From contig JAFXAN010000083.1 in NCBI GenBank assembly GCA_017517035.1, positions 27,853 through 91,852 on the forward strand: a DNA stretch of 64,000 nucleotides. The letters run 5' to 3'. Position 1 is the stretch's first letter. The number at the start of each line of letters is the position of its first letter. The notes under the pieces are model-generated. The model saw only the letters and a list, made by a program, of their open reading frames with translations, was not told where the DNA came from and did not search any database. This document shows, piece after piece, positions 52,543 through 61,604 of the stretch. The translations under genes were made by a program, and so were the position numbers. The stretch is from Clostridia bacterium (lineage in GTDB: Bacteria; Bacillota; Clostridia; Oscillospirales; CAG-272).

Positions 52543-53485
52543 TCATCGGTGCTTCAAAAAGCATTCTTCTGAGTTTGAAATAAATCTCAAACAGATTTGA
52601 TAGAGGAAGAGGATTTTCCCCTTTCCCGCATTCGACTGTGTATGCAGGCTTTTTCAGTTCTTTTACAATCCAATCTGTAAATCCGCCGCTCGAAGCGCTG
52701 CCTTCGGTTTCTTTGAGTTTGTATCCACTGAGCTTTTCAAGCATTTTTCCGATTCGGATATTTTCTTTTGGGGGATCAAAATTATTTCCGTAATATATCT
52801 CTTCACCCTGGGAGTGGAAAGAAATGAACATTTCTATATCGTCATTGAAACGGCTGAAATTCGCTAAAAGTCCGCTTTCCGGCTCAGATTCCGGTGAGAT
52901 CCCGCACCATTTTGTCGATGCACCGTTTGATATTTTTTGTGTTTCCTCGTTTTGCAGGTATTCATAAAAGCCTGCATCATAATTATGGTTAAGATCAACA
53001 CCTCTCCCGTTTGCTTGCCAGTGCGAAAAATCTTCACTGCCATTCATTTTTATCAGTCTTTCGTATAGTGGATTGCTTTTTTTAACTCCGTTTATCTGAT
53101 ATTCAACACCATCGGGATTTAACATTGGTATAATCATTATGCTTCTTGTTGAATTTAAATAACTGATCGAAGTGTGAGAAATATGACCGTTTACTTCAAA
53201 AAGCTCGCAATATTCATTTGCGAATTTAAGAAGCAATGCCGTGGTTATCCACTCCATTCCGTGATGCGCTCCGATATATAAAACGCTTTTTTTACCCTTT
53301 CCCAGAGTTATCATCGGAATGCTCCTGCCGAGCAGCGAATTTCCAAGAAACGACACATGAAAGCACTTGTATCTTTCTGAAAAAATGTCTATGTATTCAA
53401 TCATGCGATGGTAAGTCAACGGTTCATCATAGGAAAGGATGCCTTCACGAGCATCCGATTGATTCTTGCTTGCCAACAAAATCAC
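52535..53485 (-). CDS. M14-family zinc carboxypeptidase (gamma-D-glutamyl-meso-diaminopimelate peptidase-like)
   Basis: YIGAHHGMEWIT (HxxE zinc motif), VDLNHNYD, ISFHSQGE. GTG start at 53485; a TTG 6-9 nt downstream is also possible. The 3' end overlaps traX by 8 nt. Confidence 0.75.
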   Translation of the reverse strand: MILLASKNQSDAREGILSYDEPLTYHRMIEYIDIFSERYKCFHVSFLGNSLLGRSIPMITLGKGKKSVLYIGAHHGMEWITTALLLKFANEYCELFEVNGHISHTSISYLNSTRSIMIIPMLNPDGVEYQINGVKKSNPLYERLIKMNGSEDFSHWQANGRGVDLNHNYDAGFYEYLQNEETQKISNGASTKWCGISPESEPESGLLANFSRFNDDIEMFISFHSQGEEIYYGNNFDPPKENIRIGKMLEKLSGYKLKETEGSASSGGFTDWIVKELKKPAYTVECGKGENPLPLSNLFEIYFKLRRMLFEAPMII

Positions 53486-53545
53486 CTCTCTTTTTGTATT
53501 CAGAAAAAATATATGCTTAAAGAGAGATCTTTATGAAGGAAAAAT

Positions 53546-54190
53546 ATGAAAAATAATCGCTTAGCTGAAAATTTATTTTTTATACTGCCGCTTGTGGTGC
53601 TGATACTGATTTATTGTGCTGTTTTATCTCCCATATATGTTTGGCTCTGCTCGGATATTATATATCTTGAGAGTTATTTGCCGGGTGTTCTTGAAGTCCT
53701 TCTGGAGCTGTGTCAGCTTTTTATATGGGGTGTATTGTTCTCGAATATGATAAAAGCAATAAGAGTACAAAGAAAAGCACTTTTTATCTTAACTACTGTG
53801 ATCGTTTTGCTTGTCAGATATTTTTATCCTATTGTTTTTGAGCTTATAAAAGGCTCGCCATTAGATCCGATCAATATTATAGATGCGCTCATTTATTACG
53901 GCGCTGATATACTTATATTATCTATTGCTTTTGTAATAATTTTGTCAAAAAAAGAAAGCTCGGAAAAAAAGTTTATGCGCTTTGGCGCATTGATCTCTGC
54001 GATTCTTATTTCGGTTTCAAAGGTTGCTTCAAGATTCATTTTTGATATTTTTTACGGGGCGCCCGAGTCGTTATCGGAAATTATGTTTATGTTTGCTTAC
54101 TATTTTTTCGATATTGTTTTTGGCGTGATCTCATATTTTCTGATTTATTTCATTACAAAATTATTGTTGACAGAAAAGAACTCCGATTAA
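53546..54190 (+). CDS. Hypothetical polytopic membrane protein
   Basis: 214 aa with about 6 hydrophobic segments. AAGGA RBS. No motif recognised. Confidence 0.55.
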   Translation: MKNNRLAENLFFILPLVVLILIYCAVLSPIYVWLCSDIIYLESYLPGVLEVLLELCQLFIWGVLFSNMIKAIRVQRKALFILTTVIVLLVRYFYPIVFELIKGSPLDPINIIDALIYYGADILILSIAFVIILSKKESSEKKFMRFGALISAILISVSKVASRFIFDIFYGAPESLSEIMFMFAYYFFDIVFGVISYFLIYFITKLLLTEKNSD

Positions 54191-54201
54191 GGAGTTCTTT
54201 T
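54174..54201. terminator. Bidirectional terminator whose loop carries both convergent stop codons
   Basis: AAAA-GAACTCC-GATTAA-GGAGTTC-TTTT. The plus-strand TAA is at 54188-54190 and the minus-strand TAA at 54187-54189. Confidence 0.65.
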
Positions 54202-55077
54202 CTGCGTTTTGCATATATAAGCATTTGCGCCTGCCGATATGAGTGATTTTTTTGCGTTTTCTGCTTGTTTTTCTTCGGTAAAAATCCCGAAAACAGACGG
54301 TCCGCTTCCGCTCATCATCGAAATAACAGCACCCGAATTTAACATACAGCTTTTGATCTGCCCAACGAAAGGCCGTTCTTTTTCAACAACACTTTCAAAA
54401 ATGTTGTATGTACCGGAGTAAATCTGCGTATTATTGCTCTCTTTAAGACCAACTAAAAGCTTTTCTATTCTTCCCTCATCCCTGCTTGATGAAAAATCTC
54501 CGTAAGTTTCGTCAACAGCTTTATATGCTATGGGTGTGGATACCCCGTCTCCCTTTATGGCGATCACAATGTGCATATTCGGACAGTCATCGAGGCGTGT
54601 CAATTTTTCTCCTCTTCCCTCGCAAAGAACCGTTCCGCCAACATAGCAAAAAGGCACATCAGATCCGACGGAAGTGGCAATTTCAAGCATCATAGGCTCA
54701 TCCAAAGGCTTTTTGTTGAGCTTATTCAGAATCCTGAGAGTTGCAGCAGCATCCGAGCTGCCACCCGCAAGACCCGCTGATGAAGGTATCATTTTATTAA
54801 GATTTATATGGATCCCAAAACTTTTATTTATTGCTTTTCGATATGCATCCGTAGCTTTAATGATCAAATTTGATGAATCGGTCGGAATACCCGGAACATT
54901 GCAGATCAAACTGTTGTCGGTCTGCTCGGAAAGTCGGATCTCAAGCTCGTCACAAAGTGAAACACTTTGCATTATGCTTTTTATATCGTGAAATCCGTCG
55001 TCACGCTTTTTAGTTACATCAAGATAAAGGTTAATTTTGGCATATGCCTTGTCCGATATGGCTCTGTTAAAGATCAT
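54187..55077 (-). CDS. ispE: 4-diphosphocytidyl-2-C-methyl-D-erythritol kinase
   Basis: AYAKINLYLDVTKKRDDGFHDI, and PSSAGLAGGSSDAAA (GHMP ATP loop). Confidence 0.9.
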   Translation of the reverse strand: MIFNRAISDKAYAKINLYLDVTKKRDDGFHDIKSIMQSVSLCDELEIRLSEQTDNSLICNVPGIPTDSSNLIIKATDAYRKAINKSFGIHINLNKMIPSSAGLAGGSSDAAATLRILNKLNKKPLDEPMMLEIATSVGSDVPFCYVGGTVLCEGRGEKLTRLDDCPNMHIVIAIKGDGVSTPIAYKAVDETYGDFSSSRDEGRIEKLLVGLKESNNTQIYSGTYNIFESVVEKERPFVGQIKSCMLNSGAVISMMSGSGPSVFGIFTEEKQAENAKKSLISAGANAYICKTQKRTP

Positions 55078-55152
55078 AATATCACCACCCGGTTAAATGA
55101 TATCACAAATATTCTTCCCTGTCAATTATTTTCTTAATTTCACCTTAAATTC

Positions 55153-55181
55153 TTGACTTTTTGGCATAATTAAAGTATAAT
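55153..55181 (+). promoter_or_regulatory. Consensus-like sigma-A promoter of the perM-htpG operon
   Basis: TTGACT (55153-55158), 17 nt, TATAAT (55176-55181). The 18-nt core CTTGACTTTTTGGCATAA is identical to 23295-23312. Confidence 0.7.
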
Positions 55182-55211
55182 ATAATAAATACCCAAAAAG
55201 GGGGAGCACAG

Positions 55212-56513
55212 ATGAATAACGAAAATAATAAAAAGCATGATAAAAATAATTACTTGAAGCTGCTTTGCATTCTTGCGGTGGTTTTTGTTGCCCTGTTTGC
55301 ACTTGTTAATTTTGGAACCTTTGCAATGATTTTTGCAATTATCATTTCTGTTTTAGAACCGGTTCTGATCGGATTTATTATTGCTTATCTTTGCAATCCT
55401 ATTTATAGGATGTTCAGCACTAAGGCCCTTAAAAAGATCAAACGAGCAAAGCTGAAGAAAGTTCTTTCGATCGTTTTGACTTACCTTGTTGTACTTGCTA
55501 TCGTTGCCGGAATATTGCTTATAATTATTCCGCAGTTTGTCTTTGCATTCAAGGATCTCGTTGCAAAGACTGATGGCTATATCAATGCTGCAATTGCATG
55601 GGCGAATAATCTTATCAGCAATTCTAATCTTTTTGCCGAGAATACCGATATTTTTGATTTTATTGACACTGAAAAGATTCTTGCAAATCTCAAAACTTTC
55701 TTTGATGCATCCGGTGACATACTTAAGAAGGTCGGCGACCTTGCGATAAATTACGGAACGAATATTGTCGGCGGAATCACAAATGTTCTTCTCGGATTGT
55801 TCATCTCCATTTATGTTCTTATTTTCAAAGAAAAAATGGCAGTTTGGTTCAAGAGGATCTTTCGTGCTATGCTTTCGAGAGAAAAATATGATTCGTTCAT
55901 CAATAGAATCGATCATGTAAACAGCAAGTTTGGTAACTATATTATCGGTGCTCTTACGGATTCTATCATTGTTGCGGTTGAAGGCTTCATAATCTTTTCT
56001 CTCTTTGGAATCCCATATGCACCGCTTGTGGCTGTTATCGTGGGTATAACAAATATTATACCGATTCTCGGTCCTTTTCTCGGTGCGGTCCCCAGTGCTT
56101 TTATCATTTTCATTGTTAATCCCGAAAAGGTTATTCTTTTCATAATTCTCATAATTGTGATCCAGCAGATAGACGGAAACATTGTTGCTCCGTTCATTCT
56201 CGGCTCAAGCCTTGGCCTTAGCTCTTTCGGCATTATCATCGCAGTAACCGTAATGGGCAGTCTTTGGGGCATACCGGGAATGTTTATCGGTGTTCCTCTT
56301 TTTGCATATGTTGCAGATGTCATTGAGGAGGTCGTTAATAACAAGCTGAAATCTATCGGTGATCCCGAATTTCCGCCGCACGAAATTCAAAATGATGTCA
56401 AAGCGCCTTCTCCGATCATCAGCTTTATAAAAAGAAAAGGCGGAAATCTTATAAAAAATGTAAGAAATAAAACCGGTAAAAGAACCAAGATAAGAACCGG
56501 TAAGAAAAAATAA
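55212..56513 (+). CDS. AI-2E family transporter (PerM/YhhT-like)
   Basis: 433 aa, 8 TM. GITNIIPILGPFLGAVP and QQIDGNIVAPFILG motifs. Basic C-terminal tail. Confidence 0.8.
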   Translation: MNNENNKKHDKNNYLKLLCILAVVFVALFALVNFGTFAMIFAIIISVLEPVLIGFIIAYLCNPIYRMFSTKALKKIKRAKLKKVLSIVLTYLVVLAIVAGILLIIIPQFVFAFKDLVAKTDGYINAAIAWANNLISNSNLFAENTDIFDFIDTEKILANLKTFFDASGDILKKVGDLAINYGTNIVGGITNVLLGLFISIYVLIFKEKMAVWFKRIFRAMLSREKYDSFINRIDHVNSKFGNYIIGALTDSIIVAVEGFIIFSLFGIPYAPLVAVIVGITNIIPILGPFLGAVPSAFIIFIVNPEKVILFIILIIVIQQIDGNIVAPFILGSSLGLSSFGIIIAVTVMGSLWGIPGMFIGVPLFAYVADVIEEVVNNKLKSIGDPEFPPHEIQNDVKAPSPIISFIKRKGGNLIKNVRNKTGKRTKIRTGKKK

Positions 56514-56524
56514 GAGGTCTCAAA

Positions 56525-58366
56525 ATGTCTGAAATTCAAAACAAAAAAGGCGGTATATCTGTTGAATCACAGCATATATTCCCTATCATCAAAAAATGGC
56601 TTTATTCCGAAAAGGATATTTTTCTCCGTGAAATCGTTTCAAATGCAACCGATGCTATAACAAAGCTTAAAAGATTGCAGTCCCTTGGACAGATCTCTTC
56701 ATTTGAGAATGACTTCAAAATCACGGTTTCGCTCGACAAGGAGGCGAAAACCCTTTCGGTAAGCGATAACGGAATCGGCATGACCGAAGACGAGCTTCAG
56801 AGATATATTTGCCAGATTGCTCTTTCGGGTGCTCTTGAATTTATTGAGAAATACGAGGATGAAAGCACTTCCGCTCAAAACGGAATAATCGGTCACTTTG
56901 GCCTTGGATTTTACTCATCATTTATGGTGAGTGATACCGTTGAGCTTATCACAAAATCCTATACCGATGCTCCCGCCGTCAGATGGGTTTGTAACGGTGA
57001 CGGTGAATATGAGATATTTCCTGCCGAAAGAGACGAAAAAGGCACAACTGTTATCATGCACATCTCTGAGAGCGAAACAGAGTATCTTGACAGCAACAAG
57101 ATCCGCTCTATGCTTGATAAATACTGTGCATTTATGCCTGTTCAGATCTATTTTGATGACAGTGAACAGTCAGAAGACAAGGAAAATAAACCGATCAACG
57201 ATGTTGAACCGCTTTGGCTGAAGAACCCCTCGGATTGCAAGCCTGAGGAATATAATGAATTCTATAAAAAGGTCTTCGGAGATTTCAGAGATCCTTTGTT
57301 TTATGTTCATATCAATGCAGATTACCCTCTCAATTTCAAGGGTATTCTCTTCTTCCCCAAGCTAAACAATGAATTTGAATCTGTAGAGGGGCAGATAAAG
57401 CTTTATTATAATCAGGTGTTCGTTGCGGACAATATCAAGGAAATAATTCCCGAATATCTTCTTATGCTTAAGGGCGTTCTTGATTGTCCCGAGCTTCCAC
57501 TTAATGTTTCAAGAAGCTATCTCCAGAACAACACATATACCGCAAAGGTTGCGGCTCATATAGTCAAAAAGGTTGCGGACAAGCTCGCCGGACTTTGCAT
57601 CAACGAGCGTGAAGAATATGAGAAGGTATGGAACGATATTCGAACATTTGTTGAATATGCCTGCATGAGAGATAAAAAATTCTATGACCGTGTCTCTTCT
57701 TCCCTGCTTCTCCACCTTACAGACGGCAGCTATGTCACAAGAGATGCTTATCTTGAGTCCGCAAAGGAAGTTCATGAAAACACTGTTTATTATGCAACCG
57801 ATGCAGATCTTCAAGCTCGATATATTTCACTTTTTGAATCTCAAGGGATCAAGGTCGCACTCTTTGAAAAGCTTATTGACACGCAATTTATTTCAATGCT
57901 CGAAAGCTATGAGCCGAATGTAAAATTTGTCAGAGTTGATGCGGATGTTGCAGGAGTTCTAAAGGGAGACGGAAAGATCGAGAGTAACGAAAAGATCGTG
58001 GAACTATTCAAAAAAGTTAGCGGAAAGGACGAACTTGAAGTTGTTTTTGAAAGCTTAAAGGATGAAAATGTTCCTGCAATTATGAATGTTTCAGAGCAGT
58101 CGAGAAGAATGGAAGAGATGATGAAGCTTTATTCCATGTCTTCGGGTGGAAATGCGCCATCCTTCCCTCTCGAAATGAAGATGATAATAAACACATCTTC
58201 AGCGCTTATCGACCATCTTTCGTCTGTTTGCGAAACAGATATCGATAAGGCAGAAAAAATCGCAAAGCAGATCTTTTATCTTTCACTTATGTCACAAAGA
58301 AATCTAACAGCAGAGGAAATGAAAAATTTCCTTGATGACAGCTATGGAATTTTGAAAAATTACTGA
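56525..58366 (+). CDS. htpG: Molecular chaperone HtpG (Hsp90)
   Basis: IFLRELVSNATDAITKL, DNGIGMT, GHFGLGFYSSFMV, LNVSRSYLQ. Confidence 0.95.
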   Translation: MSEIQNKKGGISVESQHIFPIIKKWLYSEKDIFLREIVSNATDAITKLKRLQSLGQISSFENDFKITVSLDKEAKTLSVSDNGIGMTEDELQRYICQIALSGALEFIEKYEDESTSAQNGIIGHFGLGFYSSFMVSDTVELITKSYTDAPAVRWVCNGDGEYEIFPAERDEKGTTVIMHISESETEYLDSNKIRSMLDKYCAFMPVQIYFDDSEQSEDKENKPINDVEPLWLKNPSDCKPEEYNEFYKKVFGDFRDPLFYVHINADYPLNFKGILFFPKLNNEFESVEGQIKLYYNQVFVADNIKEIIPEYLLMLKGVLDCPELPLNVSRSYLQNNTYTAKVAAHIVKKVADKLAGLCINEREEYEKVWNDIRTFVEYACMRDKKFYDRVSSSLLLHLTDGSYVTRDAYLESAKEVHENTVYYATDADLQARYISLFESQGIKVALFEKLIDTQFISMLESYEPNVKFVRVDADVAGVLKGDGKIESNEKIVELFKKVSGKDELEVVFESLKDENVPAIMNVSEQSRRMEEMMKLYSMSSGGNAPSFPLEMKMIINTSSALIDHLSSVCETDIDKAEKIAKQIFYLSLMSQRNLTAEEMKNFLDDSYGILKNY

Positions 58367-59208
58367 TGAATAAAGAAACAGATACAATAATTAAGAACAT
58401 TAAGAGTATAAAAAGCGAATCGGAGCTGCGTCTCAAAGCACTTAAGCTTTGGCTGAGAGAGCTTGTTTCAGCTGCTCATAGGGATGGCTTTTCAACCTAT
58501 GAGGATTTTGCGGAGCTACTCAAAAGTGCAGATATAAACACTCCGGAAGAGATGCTCATCGCTGCCAGAATGCTTCGCTATGAAGACCTGGGCGAGCTGC
58601 ATGGAGATTTTACCATGCAGCCAATTGATAAGCCGCATTATGTGGTTTCAAATTTTTGCAATTCGCTTTCGGAAGAAACTTATGAGCATTTCTTTGGCGA
58701 CAAAGAATACAAAATCATCAAAAGGAACAGCTTTGGAGAGCTATTTGACGATGTTTATAATGAGACGGCAAACTATTGCATTGTCCCCATCGAAAATAAC
58801 ACATACGGTACACTCGGAAACTTCTATATTCAAATATTTGATTATGGTCTGAAGATTGTTAAGGTCTGCGACATTTTGCATCCTGACGGAGATGATGAAA
58901 CAAGATTCGCGCTTCTCTCCTCTGCTCCGATCAGCCTAGCTTCTCTTGAAGACGGCGAGGATCATTTTGAGCTTGTTATCCATTCAAGTGACGGATCCAT
59001 CATTCCGAGAATACTCGAAGCAGCAATGCTTTGCAAAATGATTCCTGAGCGAATCGACTCCGTGCCTCTTTCAAGGCTTAAAAAGGATCATCCGTTCAAA
59101 ATAGTTTTCAAGATGCTCCCTGATGTCAATCTTCCTGATTTTCTGATCTATCTCATTCTTGACGGGATTTCTTATACCCCTGTGGGTATTTTCAATATTT
59201 GTGAATAA
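58366..59208 (+). CDS. Degenerate prephenate-dehydratase/ACT-like protein of unknown function, start-stop coupled to htpG
   Basis: The ATG overlaps the htpG TGA (TGATG, 58364-58368). NYCIVPIENNTYGTLGNF (compare PDT VVPIENSxxGxV), DDETRFALL (PDT TRF motif), ERIDSVPL (compare ACT IESRP). The central PDT subdomain and the GPxGT(F/Y)S N-terminus are missing. Confidence 0.55.
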   Translation: MNKETDTIIKNIKSIKSESELRLKALKLWLRELVSAAHRDGFSTYEDFAELLKSADINTPEEMLIAARMLRYEDLGELHGDFTMQPIDKPHYVVSNFCNSLSEETYEHFFGDKEYKIIKRNSFGELFDDVYNETANYCIVPIENNTYGTLGNFYIQIFDYGLKIVKVCDILHPDGDDETRFALLSSAPISLASLEDGEDHFELVIHSSDGSIIPRILEAAMLCKMIPERIDSVPLSRLKKDHPFKIVFKMLPDVNLPDFLIYLILDGISYTPVGIFNICE

Positions 59209-59246
59209 AGTTATAAAAAATGAAATAAAATTTGAAAGGACAAAAA

Positions 59247-59513
59247 ATGAAAAAACATATCACTTACACAACAAACGGTGTTTGTTCAAGACAGATCGAT
59301 CTTGATATCGAAAATGATATTATTGTTGGAGCAAAATATACCGGCGGATGCTCCGGAAACACGCAAGGAGTTGCAGCTCTTGTTATAGGAATGGAAATAA
59401 ATGAGGCAATTTCTCGTCTTTCCGGAATCAAATGCGGAATGAAGAACACCTCCTGTCCCGATCAGCTCGCAAAGGCTCTTGAACAGTATAAAAGCGAAAA
59501 GGAGAATTTATGA
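59247..59513 (+). CDS. TSCPD-domain protein (TIGR03905-like)
   Basis: GVCSRQIDLDIEND...GGCSGNTQGVAALV...NTSCPDQLAKAL. ATG 59247 after AAAGGA. Confidence 0.75.
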   Translation: MKKHITYTTNGVCSRQIDLDIENDIIVGAKYTGGCSGNTQGVAALVIGMEINEAISRLSGIKCGMKNTSCPDQLAKALEQYKSEKENL

Positions 59514-61234
59514 ATTACACTTATAGGGAGAATTTTGAAAAATGGCTCCAGAGCGGCAAGCTTTCGGAAGATGAAATGAGCGCTCTTATCGCAATAAAAG
59601 ATGATGAGAAGGAGATAAAAAGCAGATTTTCATCATTTCTTTCTTTCGGAACAGCAGGCCTCAGGGGAACCATGAAGGTTGGTATGAACGCAATGAATCG
59701 CCATACCGTTGCCCATGCAACACAAGGACTTGCAGCTCTTATCATCAAAGAAGAAAGAGAAAATGACGGTGTTGTGATTGCATATGACAGCCGTAACAAC
59801 TCCGAGCTTTTTGCAAAAATATCCGCTCAGGTTCTTGCCGCAAACGGAATAAAAGCTTATCTTTTCGACGGCATAAGGCCAACGCCCGAGCTTTCCTTTG
59901 CTATAAGAAACCTTGGCTGTGTTGCAGGTATCAATATTACCGCTTCTCACAATCCTAAAGAGTATAATGGTTATAAGGCTTATTGGGAGGATGGTGCTCA
60001 GCTTCCCCCGGAGCACGCCGACACCGTTTCAGCACAGATAGAAAAGGTCGATATTTTCAAAGATGTTAAACTTCAGGATTTTGATTCGGCAATAAAGGAC
60101 GGCAAGATCATCATTATTGGTGATGAGATCGACGAAAAATATCTTGCAGAGGTCGAAAAACAGCTCGTAAATCCGGATGCAATTAAAAAGGTTGCTGATG
60201 AACTCAACATCGTATATACCCCTCTCCACGGTACAGGCTATAAAATGGTTCCCGAGATCTTGAAAAGAGTCGGCATTAAGAACCTATATACCGTTCCCGA
60301 ACAGATGATAATTGACGGGGACTTTCCAACGGTGAAAAAGCCAAATCCGGAATTTTCCGAGGTCTTTTCTCTTGGCATAAAAATTGCTGAAGAGATTCAC
60401 AGCGATCTTGTTATCGCAACAGATCCCGATGCTGACCGAGTTGGTGTTGTCACAAGAACCACCGACGGTGATTTTATGACGATCACAGGAAATCAGATGG
60501 GTGCGTTGCTTATCGACTATATCCTTTCGGCTTACGAGGAAACCGGCACCATGCCCGAGGAACCTTATGTTGTGAAAAGTATTGTTTCGACAGAGCTTGC
60601 CGCAAAGATTTGCGAGGAACATGGAGTAAAAATGTATAATGTCCTCACAGGCTTTAAATTTATCGGTGAAGTCATTAAAAATCATGAAAAAGAAGGACAC
60701 GGCTCTTTCCTCTTTGGCTTTGAAGAAAGCTATGGATACCTCAAGGGCACATATGCAAGAGATAAGGATGCTGTTGTTGCCTCTATGCTTATTGCTGAAA
60801 TGACAGCATACTATAAGGCGAAAAATATGACGCTCTTTGATGCTCTCGATTCTCTTTACAAGAGATACGGATTCTCAGCCGAGAATAATCTTGAGGTTCA
60901 TATGGAAGGCGTTGACGGCCCGGAAAAAATGGAGGCTCTCATGTCTTCCCTCAGAAACAGCACACCTACCGAGATCGGCGGAGTTTCTGTTGGTATTTTC
61001 GGTGACTATATGACCGAAAGCTTTACTGATATGAAGAGCGGAAAAACAACGCCGACCGGTCTTCCCAAAGCTAATGTTCTGTATTTTACCCTTGAAAACG
61101 GTGATGTTATTATCGTTCGTCCTTCGGGCACAGAGCCAAAGGTTAAATTCTATTTCCTTGTTTCGGGTAAAGATAAGAACGAGACATCAAACAAAATTGA
61201 GATTTATCAAAAATCAATCAAAAAACTCATTTAA
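59510..61234 (+). CDS. Phosphoglucomutase / phosphomannomutase family (alpha-D-phosphohexomutase)
   Basis: FGTAGLRG, and ITASHNPKEYNGYK (phosphoserine loop). 574 aa. ATGA overlap with the upstream gene. Confidence 0.9.
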   Translation: MNYTYRENFEKWLQSGKLSEDEMSALIAIKDDEKEIKSRFSSFLSFGTAGLRGTMKVGMNAMNRHTVAHATQGLAALIIKEERENDGVVIAYDSRNNSELFAKISAQVLAANGIKAYLFDGIRPTPELSFAIRNLGCVAGINITASHNPKEYNGYKAYWEDGAQLPPEHADTVSAQIEKVDIFKDVKLQDFDSAIKDGKIIIIGDEIDEKYLAEVEKQLVNPDAIKKVADELNIVYTPLHGTGYKMVPEILKRVGIKNLYTVPEQMIIDGDFPTVKKPNPEFSEVFSLGIKIAEEIHSDLVIATDPDADRVGVVTRTTDGDFMTITGNQMGALLIDYILSAYEETGTMPEEPYVVKSIVSTELAAKICEEHGVKMYNVLTGFKFIGEVIKNHEKEGHGSFLFGFEESYGYLKGTYARDKDAVVASMLIAEMTAYYKAKNMTLFDALDSLYKRYGFSAENNLEVHMEGVDGPEKMEALMSSLRNSTPTEIGGVSVGIFGDYMTESFTDMKSGKTTPTGLPKANVLYFTLENGDVIIVRPSGTEPKVKFYFLVSGKDKNETSNKIEIYQKSIKKLI

Positions 61235-61237
61235 AAG

Positions 61238-61274
61238 AGTCCCGATGCGAGACGATCGCATCGGGGCTTTTTTC
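61238..61274 (+). terminator. Intrinsic terminator after the phosphoglucomutase gene
   Basis: AGTCCCGATGCGA-GACGA-TCGCATCGGGGCT followed by TTTTTTC. Confidence 0.85.
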
Positions 61275-61277
61275 TTT

Positions 61278-61296
61278 ATAATTCAACATCAATTAT
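61278..61296 (+). promoter_or_regulatory. AT-rich palindrome upstream of feoAB (Fur-box-like candidate)
   Basis: ATAATT-CAACATC-AATTAT. AATTATCA resembles a Fur half-site and overlaps the probable -35 region of a TATACT -10 box at about 61317. Confidence 0.3.
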
Positions 61297-61355
61297 CAAA
61301 AAACGAGCTTTTGGAATATACTTTTGGTAAAGTTTCTTTGAGAGGAGACATATTC

Positions 61356-61604
61356 ATGGCTTCGTTTGAAAATCTGTCAAGGCTTAGGCCTGACAGCAAA
61401 GCTGTAATTTTAGAAAACAACGCCTCGGAATTTATAAAAACGAGGCTAAATGATATCGGACTTATTGAAGGCACGGAGGTTGAATGCGTCGGCAGAAGCC
61501 CTACGGGTGGAATTTCAGCCTTCCTTATAAGGGGTGCTACCATTGCGATACGGGATGAGGATAGTTGCAAAATTGTCATTCGAGAGGTGATTCAAAATGC
61601 CTAG
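61356..61604 (+). CDS. feoA: Ferrous iron transport protein A
   Basis: 82 aa. RLNDIGLIEGTEVECVGRSPTGG...IRGATIAIR (FeoA SH3-like). GAGAGGAG RBS. The ORF-track 5' extension (61074) overlaps the pgm gene and is rejected. Confidence 0.85.
   Translation: MASFENLSRLRPDSKAVILENNASEFIKTRLNDIGLIEGTEVECVGRSPTGGISAFLIRGATIAIRDEDSCKIVIREVIQNA

Noticed and set aside
61074-61355. 5' extension of the FeoA ORF (ORF-track 61074..61604); similar extensions occur at 18080..18187 (lepB) and 24844..24909 (clpP)
   Set aside because: The extensions overlap the preceding gene or a terminator and precede clear RBS-ATG starts (61356, 18188, 24910). The extra residues have no family similarity.
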